Assembly: GCA_964592405.1 (NCBI GenBank)
Contig: CAZQBY010000001.1
Span: 18,459 to 82,458 of the forward strand
Length of the DNA stretch: 64,000 nt
Direction of reading: 5' to 3'
Origin: an uncultured archaeon
Lineage (GTDB): Archaea > Altiarchaeota > Altiarchaeia > JAFGQM01
Below, piece after piece: positions 58,168 through 64,000 of this stretch. The notes under the pieces are model-generated. The model made no database searches and had not been told where the DNA came from. It saw only the letters and a program-made list of their open reading frames with translations. The position numbers and the translations under genes are program-made. Each line of letters begins with the position of its first letter. The first letter of the stretch is position 1.

Positions 58168-58405
58168 CTCTGGTATCTGGGTTTCTGAGATTGATATAGA
58201 TGCCCTTCTTCAGACACTCCTTACAGAAGTATTGATTATCGCAATCAATAAGGATTGCTTCATCCCCTGATGTAACCTGCTCTATGATTGCCCTCACATA
58301 GCTGCTCCCCTTGCCGAGAACCCTTCCACAATTGGAGCAGTATTCCTTTATCTCTGTCAGGCTTTCGGGCAGCTGGGCCATTTCCGATTTATTTAGAGAG
58401 GGCAT
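58157..58405 (-). CDS. Small zinc-binding hypothetical protein
   Basis: CSNC...CKEC; overlaps truD start. Confidence 0.65.
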   Translation of the reverse strand: MPSLNKSEMAQLPESLTEIKEYCSNCGRVLGKGSSYVRAIIEQVTSGDEAILIDCDNQYFCKECLKKGIYINLRNPDTRDVH

Positions 58406-58517
58406 ATTAAAAAACCTTTCTTTATAAACAAGGATGTTAAAGAGGAAAAGAATAAAAACCTCTTTAATGCGCCTTAAAAAGCTTTGCTATTCCGTTACTT
58501 TTCACCGGTGACAAGGA

Positions 58518-58572
58518 GTTACACTACACTTAAATGCTTTTTCGTTTTCGCACTCTTTTTATGTAGTGTAAC
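58518..58572. promoter_or_regulatory. Inverted pair of GTTACACTACA motifs bracketing TATA-like CTTTTTAT of tRNA-Thr
   Basis: 58518-58528 and reverse complement 58562-58572. Confidence 0.6.
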
Positions 58573-58665
58573 ACAAAATATCCCGCTTCAGATAGGCAAG
58601 TTGCTTATCCAAGCACCGCTCGCCCGAGTTAAGCGCGAGCATAATCCAAGCGAAATGAGCCGCTT

Positions 58666-58860
58666 GCCTCCGTAGCTCAGTCTGGTAGAGCGCGTCCTTG
58701 GTAGAGCCCCTTTCTTCAAAAGAAAGGTGCGCGAGGTTCGCGAAAGCGAACCTGCGCCCAAGTTCACAAAAGTGAACTTCGGGCTTCACCCCCAAAGAAC
58801 GGGGTGCTGTGGAAACAGCCAATGAGGACGAGGTCGCGGGTTCGGATCCCGCCGGGGGCT
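58666..58860 (+). tRNA. tRNA-Thr(GGT) with 121-nt intron (58704-58824)
   Basis: GCCTCCG/CGGGGGC-T acceptor; CGTCC-TT-GGT-A|intron|A-GGACG; helix TTGG/CCAA; T-loop TTCGGAT. Confidence 0.88.
58705..58808 (+). repeat. Four-hairpin intron-nested element, copy 2
   Basis: Near-identical to 51080-51188. Confidence 0.92.
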
Positions 58861-58903
58861 TTCCGTTATTCTTGGCTTAGCTTGAGCCCCCGGCTTATGT
58901 CAG
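58861..58903 (+). repeat. tRNA-trailing element (truncated Thr copy)
   Basis: TTCTTGGCTTAGC and CCCGGCTTATGTCAG identical to Arg trailer. Confidence 0.75.
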
Positions 58904-60636
58904 TATCCTCTTTCAGACCTTCTGCGAAACTTCTCAATAATATCCAATTCAGAACGATCCCCGGGCAACTCATCTGTCTCGTAGATTCCCTCTCTTTCTT
59001 CCAGCAACCTCCTGTGGCGCCTCCTGATGAGCTTCAGCCGCTCTTCTTTGCTGAGAGGTGCCCTTTTCCGTCTCACTGGGCCTTCTAATGGCCCTCTGCC
59101 CCTCAGTTTGGCGATCTTTTCGTCTATCTCCACCATCTGCTCATCAAGTTCCTTCAGCTTTCTGAGTACGCCGGCCCGTTCCTTTCTGACTGCCGCACTT
59201 TCAGGTTGCTCCATAGTTGCCCTTAATCGTCCGGCAAATCTGCCCCTCTCAGCGGCCAGTTCTTCCCTTCTCTCTCGTAAAGAAGTCTCGGCCCGCTCTC
59301 TCATCGCCACTCTCCTGACAGCTTTCTTCCTTTCTCTTTCTGCTGCCCTGCGCAGCCTCTCTACAGCAGACTCCTTCAAATTGCCCTCATTCTCCAGCAA
59401 AAACCTTTCAAACAGTATAGCACCCTGAGGATCTATCTCGCGCATCGCCGGCAGAACCTCAGCCCACATGCGGTGCACTGTCATGTTTCCTGTCGGCAGA
59501 TGGTCAACCATCTGCCATACCTGATTTTTTGTGAGTCCATATTTTCTGGCCAGTTTTTTGACCTGACCCCTTTTGACCAGTCCTTTCTCATTCCTCGCAA
59601 GCTCTTTATACTCGGCTCTTATGCGCATGCAGAGTGCCGTCTTTCTGTATCTCTCTATACGTCTTCTGGTAAGACCTGCTAGAACTGACTTACTGCCCGT
59701 CCTTCTGTTGCCTTTCTCACCCGATCCCATCATGATTACACGCCTCAATTCCGGCAGGAAATACCGACTTTTCCTCTGATTGGTGCTGAGCCTCCGACCG
59801 CTCTTTGTAAGCGAATATGTCACAGCCCTGCCCCGTTTTCTGGCTTCCACGAGCCCGGCTGTGACGAACCTGTCAAGATATCTGTCAACGTGCTCTGTTT
59901 GTATTCCGGCAGCTTTTGCCAGTTCGCTGATGTTTTTGGGTTCAGTGCCAAGGACACTCCAGAGCTTGTATCCCATACTCTGTGTCGGAATGGGTGCCCG
60001 GTGGCTCCTCTCAGCAGCCATCCATCTGTAGGCCTGTTTGCTTCTGCGACTGCCCTCTATTGAGACCCGTTCAGCCATTCCAGCTGCTTCCAGCAGGTTC
60101 AGGGCATTTATAACCAACCGATGATTGTTTCCCGTTTTTTCGGCCAGCTCCAGAGAGGTGTGAGGACCATCCTTACGTGTCAGCTCTCTCCTGATATCAT
60201 GCAGGATATTCTTCCTCACTAGCTGATTCAGGGCTTCCAGCTTTCCGTTAATTATATCAATACCCTTAAGGCTCAGGCGTCTCTGGAGGGAAAGAGCGGC
60301 ATTCATCCATGGCAGTAGCTTATCCCTGTGCGTTCCCCTGCTCCGCACAAGCGCCTGTGCAACCTGCATGGCAGTCGGTTTATAGGGATGCCCTTTTAAT
60401 TCCCTGAGCAGGGCGCGTGCCATCTTCTTTGTGGGAAGCCTTTTGTGTCGCGGATTGCGGGCTTCAATCAACCTTATCTCCTCTGTAAGCTCTTTCTCGA
60501 TATCCTCGGGGAGTGGCTCTTTCTTGACAGGTTTGGACATATCCCTAGCAAAGCTTCCGAGCCTTTTCCTGCTCATTCCAAGGGCTTCTCTGAAAGATGG
60601 GTGTCTCGGTGGCTTTGCATTCTTCTTGGAAGCCAT
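58900..60636 (-). CDS. Hypothetical Arg-rich protein with tandem winged-HTH-like domains and coiled-coil tail
   Basis: TSLELAEKTG..LNLLEAAGM; ISELAKAAG..LDRFVTAGLV..YSLT; E/R-rich C-terminus. Confidence 0.75.
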   Translation of the reverse strand: MASKKNAKPPRHPSFREALGMSRKRLGSFARDMSKPVKKEPLPEDIEKELTEEIRLIEARNPRHKRLPTKKMARALLRELKGHPYKPTAMQVAQALVRSRGTHRDKLLPWMNAALSLQRRLSLKGIDIINGKLEALNQLVRKNILHDIRRELTRKDGPHTSLELAEKTGNNHRLVINALNLLEAAGMAERVSIEGSRRSKQAYRWMAAERSHRAPIPTQSMGYKLWSVLGTEPKNISELAKAAGIQTEHVDRYLDRFVTAGLVEARKRGRAVTYSLTKSGRRLSTNQRKSRYFLPELRRVIMMGSGEKGNRRTGSKSVLAGLTRRRIERYRKTALCMRIRAEYKELARNEKGLVKRGQVKKLARKYGLTKNQVWQMVDHLPTGNMTVHRMWAEVLPAMREIDPQGAILFERFLLENEGNLKESAVERLRRAAERERKKAVRRVAMRERAETSLRERREELAAERGRFAGRLRATMEQPESAAVRKERAGVLRKLKELDEQMVEIDEKIAKLRGRGPLEGPVRRKRAPLSKEERLKLIRRRHRRLLEEREGIYETDELPGDRSELDIIEKFRRRSERGY

Positions 60637-60692
60637 ACCTAAAGTTAAGCCTTAAAAGAATAAAATAGCCTTTCTCGCGTCTGTAGTGTAAC

Positions 60693-60797
60693 TTACCCCA
60701 CGAACCTTGTCCAGAGCGCCCACGCGAACAGGACTATAGCTACCGCGAACAGCAGTATCAGCATCGCCCCGGCTGTGGCACTGACCTTTTTGCCCAT
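60693..60797 (-). CDS. 34-aa single-TM microprotein
   Basis: Manual translation MGKKVSATAGAMLILLFAVAIVLFAWALWTRFVG; below ORF-track cutoff, co-oriented after aldolase. Confidence 0.6.
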   Translation of the reverse strand: MGKKVSATAGAMLILLFAVAIVLFAWALWTRFVG

Positions 60798-60820
60798 TTT
60801 GTCAAAGAGTGCATAACCTC

Positions 60821-61771
60821 CTATTTGGCACCCTTTTCATAGATAGCCATGGCTTCATCTACGCTCTTTCCGTGCAGGGTGATGGCCGAGATGGCATTGC
60901 ACATGGCGACTGCTTCATTCAGCGGCTTCTGGTGGATGTTGCGTCCGGTCGCGTTGCCCCAGGCCCCGCTGATGTATATCTGGTCGTGCAATCGCTGCAG
61001 GAATTTTCTGACATCAGTTGAGGAGCCTCCGGCACAGACAACCTTGGTCCTGCCTGCCGCAGCTACCGCCTCCTTCATTATCTCTGCGCTGTTGGCACCT
61101 TCTTTCTTGGGGTAATTGACCTTGACAAAGTCTGCTCCCAGACAAGCACCCACACCGGTCGCTCCTGCAATCAGATGCGGGTCCTTTTCATCCGGCACTG
61201 CCTTGCCGCGGGGATATATCCAAAGAACCACCACCAGCCCGTTCTTGTGGGCATCATAGACTATGTTGGCAGCCTGCTGGAGCATATCCTTCTCAAACTC
61301 ACTGCCCAGATAAATCGTGTAGCCCACACCCACAATCTTCAGCCCGCTGTTCCTCTTGAACTCCACTATCTTATCCACGCTGAGCCACTGGTTACTGAAG
61401 GGATCCATTTGTTCAGTCTTCACTAAATTGGTCTTTGAGTTCAGCTTTACCAGATATGTTACGTCCCTATAATCCAAGCCATATCTGGCAATAAGCCCCA
61501 GCTGTGTGGCAAACACACCGATTTCACCTTGGGAAGCTATCCTAAAGAGATGCTCTGGATCCGCATCGTCTTCGGCAATGCCCTCGCCGTAGAAATCGTT
61601 ATTCAGATGTTCGACCTTCTGGTCTCCTGCAAACAGCATGAGCCTCCCGGTTCCCTTTGTTATCTCAAGATAGTTCTTGATATACTCTTCTCTGGCATCC
61701 TCCGGCACCCCTGCAGGCACCTTGACATCCTTGGCAGAAATACTAAGGTCCATTTTTAATTTAGGAAACAT
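60821..61771 (-). CDS. Class I fructose-bisphosphate aldolase (DhnA type)
   Basis: FAGDQKVEH, GYTIYLGS, WIYPRG, GADFVKVNYP, AGG, GRNIHQ. Confidence 0.92.
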   Translation of the reverse strand: MFPKLKMDLSISAKDVKVPAGVPEDAREEYIKNYLEITKGTGRLMLFAGDQKVEHLNNDFYGEGIAEDDADPEHLFRIASQGEIGVFATQLGLIARYGLDYRDVTYLVKLNSKTNLVKTEQMDPFSNQWLSVDKIVEFKRNSGLKIVGVGYTIYLGSEFEKDMLQQAANIVYDAHKNGLVVVLWIYPRGKAVPDEKDPHLIAGATGVGACLGADFVKVNYPKKEGANSAEIMKEAVAAAGRTKVVCAGGSSTDVRKFLQRLHDQIYISGAWGNATGRNIHQKPLNEAVAMCNAISAITLHGKSVDEAMAIYEKGAK

Positions 61772-61820
61772 TAACTAGTCTGATTATAAAAATTCTTTGA
61801 AAAAATATGAAAAACTAAAA

Positions 61821-62711
61821 ATGGAAAGAAAAAGCCTTGAGCAATCCATAGCCTGGATGAATCCCAATCTCCAGGAGATCATCCTAAGGATAGCTACAGT
61901 ATCCGCGGAGATGCGTCTTGACTTTCCTGGCAAGAGGGGTGCGGCGGAGACCAAGAACGTCTATGGCGAAACGCAGCAGAAACTGGATGTCTGGGCGGAT
62001 AAGGTGCTGACCAAGGAGCTACTTGCCACAGGTAAAGTGCGTGCAATAGTGTCTGAGGAGAGAGAAAAGCCGACAATGGGAAGTGGGAACTATGTGATTA
62101 CCATGGACCCGCTGGACGGCTCCTCTAATATAAAGAGCAACAATATCTTTGGGACAATAATAGGCATACACAATCAGCCGGAAATACTGACAGAGGGAAA
62201 AAACCAGATAGTCGCCTTCTACGTCATGTACGGCCCGCTGACCAGCATTGTTATGGCAACAGAAAAGGGTGTCAATGAGTATGACTATGACGAGAGGGCC
62301 GGGAGGTATTATCTGGTGAAGGAGAACATAACATTGCCCGAGGAGGGCAAGCTCTATAGTGCAGGTGGTGGCAATGATGGCTGGGATCCAAAATTCTCCA
62401 ACTTCATAGGTAGCTTGGTTGCGCGCAAGGTGAAACTGCGCTATGGGGGCTCCTTTGTGGGTGACGTCAATCAGGTGTTGAACTATGGGGGGATATTCTG
62501 CTATCCTGCGACCAGTAAAAAGCCAAAGGGCAAGCTCAGACTGGTCATCGAGTGCAATCCGATGGCGTTCATCATGACTAGGGCAGGTGGGGCGGCAAGT
62601 GACGGAAAAAAACCAATATTGGATATTCAGCCAGAGGATATAACCCAGCGGACACCCATATATATAGGCAACAGGGATTTTGTTGAGGAGCTAGAGAAAG
62701 CACTGAAGTGA
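61821..62711 (+). CDS. fbp: Class 1 fructose-1,6-bisphosphatase
   Basis: GETQQKLDV, SEE, DPLDGSSN, RYGGSFVGD, GKLRLVIECNP. Confidence 0.94.
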   Translation: MERKSLEQSIAWMNPNLQEIILRIATVSAEMRLDFPGKRGAAETKNVYGETQQKLDVWADKVLTKELLATGKVRAIVSEEREKPTMGSGNYVITMDPLDGSSNIKSNNIFGTIIGIHNQPEILTEGKNQIVAFYVMYGPLTSIVMATEKGVNEYDYDERAGRYYLVKENITLPEEGKLYSAGGGNDGWDPKFSNFIGSLVARKVKLRYGGSFVGDVNQVLNYGGIFCYPATSKKPKGKLRLVIECNPMAFIMTRAGGAASDGKKPILDIQPEDITQRTPIYIGNRDFVEELEKALK

Positions 62712-62721
62712 GCAATCAAAG

Positions 62722-63561
62722 ATGGCAAAACTTGAGATTCCGGAGATTCTCATGAAGTACGGGGAGATGCCTCCGGCCATGCAGAGGGCTGTGGAATTCG
62801 CCCTGAGCGGTCGCGGGCACCCATCCGAATCCGCATTCCTTTACCCGCTTGAAAAGGGTCTGGAGTCCGGAGAGTTTGGAGTCGATTCAATGTGGTTGGG
62901 GGAGGACTTTGCCTTTGGCGTTGTAAACTATCGCACTGGGGATTTGGAAGGTGTCAATACCCTCCCGCGATGGCATAAGGCCCATTCAGAACCCTGGTTT
63001 GAACGAAGCCGGATACTCCTCAACAGATACAAGGCGGAGGAGCTTGGCCTGTATGAGTCATATCTGGATCTCTTTGTCAGAGGCAGAAAACATCTTTGGA
63101 GGGAAGACAAGAGGGTGCTTACAAGAAAGGAGGCCTATGAGGGCCTTGGAGCTGAATTACTGGAAAGGGCCGTTCTGACGCCAGCTGAACAGACCGCTAG
63201 GATAAGAGAGATTACTGGATATCTGAGAACCGTCCGCCCGGAAAAGCACACTGGAGGCAGTAAGGCCTATGCTCTCCAGAGACGCCTGCTGAACCTGCTG
63301 GAACAGGATCCCAGATTTCAGAAGAGATTTGCGGGAGTCCCGATAATCACGGTTCGCAGGCAGACCGGAGCGGTTATAATGCAGCCAAAATCAGAGTCCT
63401 TGGATCCAAAGATCAATGAGTATACAATCCTTACCGGCGATGCAATAGTCAATGACCAGACACAGCTAACCGCACCCCAGCTGGAGGTGCACACTGCAGC
63501 CCTAAAACAGTTCCTTTTAATACAGCAGAGAAAGATAAAGAGAAACAAACCAAAGAAATGA
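62722..63561 (+). CDS. Hypothetical protein
   Basis: 279-aa ORF 10 bp after fbp; basic C-terminus. Confidence 0.7.
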   Translation: MAKLEIPEILMKYGEMPPAMQRAVEFALSGRGHPSESAFLYPLEKGLESGEFGVDSMWLGEDFAFGVVNYRTGDLEGVNTLPRWHKAHSEPWFERSRILLNRYKAEELGLYESYLDLFVRGRKHLWREDKRVLTRKEAYEGLGAELLERAVLTPAEQTARIREITGYLRTVRPEKHTGGSKAYALQRRLLNLLEQDPRFQKRFAGVPIITVRRQTGAVIMQPKSESLDPKINEYTILTGDAIVNDQTQLTAPQLEVHTAALKQFLLIQQRKIKRNKPKK

Positions 63562-63649
63562 GGTACTGTTTATTGCAAATGCAAATGTCAATATTGCAAA
63601 TGCCAATAAGCGTGAGTGCGGTCCCGCAAAGGGACCGCCTCAACCTCCC

Positions 63650-63892
63650 TTACAGTCCGCCTCCTACTTTTACCCCGTAGCCGGGCCGGAACCCAGCCTG
63701 GGATAAAGATGAATCTGCACAGGACTTGCACAATCCGTGCTGGCTCCCACAGTTACAACAGAAATCAGAGTGGCAGTTCTTGCATCTGTCCGCATACGGC
63801 TCGTTGATTTCCATGACTCTTCCGCAGACCTCACAGACTCTTGTCTTGCACCGGATCCAGACGAGAGAGACCATTTCAGAACACACTGTCAT
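63650..63892 (-). CDS. Small Cys-rich putative zinc-finger protein
   Basis: Four CxxC pairs. Confidence 0.55.
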   Translation of the reverse strand: MTVCSEMVSLVWIRCKTRVCEVCGRVMEINEPYADRCKNCHSDFCCNCGSQHGLCKSCADSSLSQAGFRPGYGVKVGGGL

Positions 63893-64000
63893 ATATACGG
63901 GTTTAAACGTGTTATAGTTTCTGCCGGAAAAATTTTGGAGACCTGAATAATATTACTTTTTGGAAATAATCAACACCGGACGCAGGACGGTCTAGCCTTC

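Noticed and set aside
58956-58966. GATCCCCGGGC as duplicate of tRNA-Thr 3' end
   Set aside because: Gapped short match inside a CDS at 111 bp rather than ~90 bp.
60693-60797. Microprotein as a type IV pilin
   Set aside because: Lacks the [KR][GA] cleavage motif directly before the hydrophobic segment and is far from the tad locus.
63574-63608. TGCAAATG repeats between convergent genes
   Set aside because: Low-complexity local repeat with no other copy noticed.

Overview
Archaeal chromosome segment. Evidence for this: rpl7ae-rps28e-rpl24e-ndk, archaeal-type aminoacyl-tRNA synthetases, BHB-type tRNA introns, and methanopterin and DUF39 homocysteine genes. The class I FBP aldolase/FBPase pair, a giant surface protein and tRNA-Ile(UAU) suggest a DPANN-like lineage such as Altiarchaeota, but this is inference only. 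Most of the window is housekeeping, plus a Tad/type IV pilus ATPase-TadBC locus, a glycosylation cluster, a VapBC module and several Arg-rich orphans. The most unusual signal is non-coding and centred on the six tRNA genes. Four have long 37/38 introns (64, 50, 204 and 121 nt). The Trp and Thr introns share a ~105-nt four-hairpin element with compensatory changes, and a remnant of it appears in the Arg intron. The same two genes share a 31-nt leader hairpin. Phe, Arg and Trp are followed by a second copy of their own 3' end ~90 bp downstream; Phe, Arg and Thr share related trailer sequence. An 11-mer (GTTACACTACA) recurs at tRNA promoters and upstream of a multi-wHTH orphan. All alignments and folds were done by eye.
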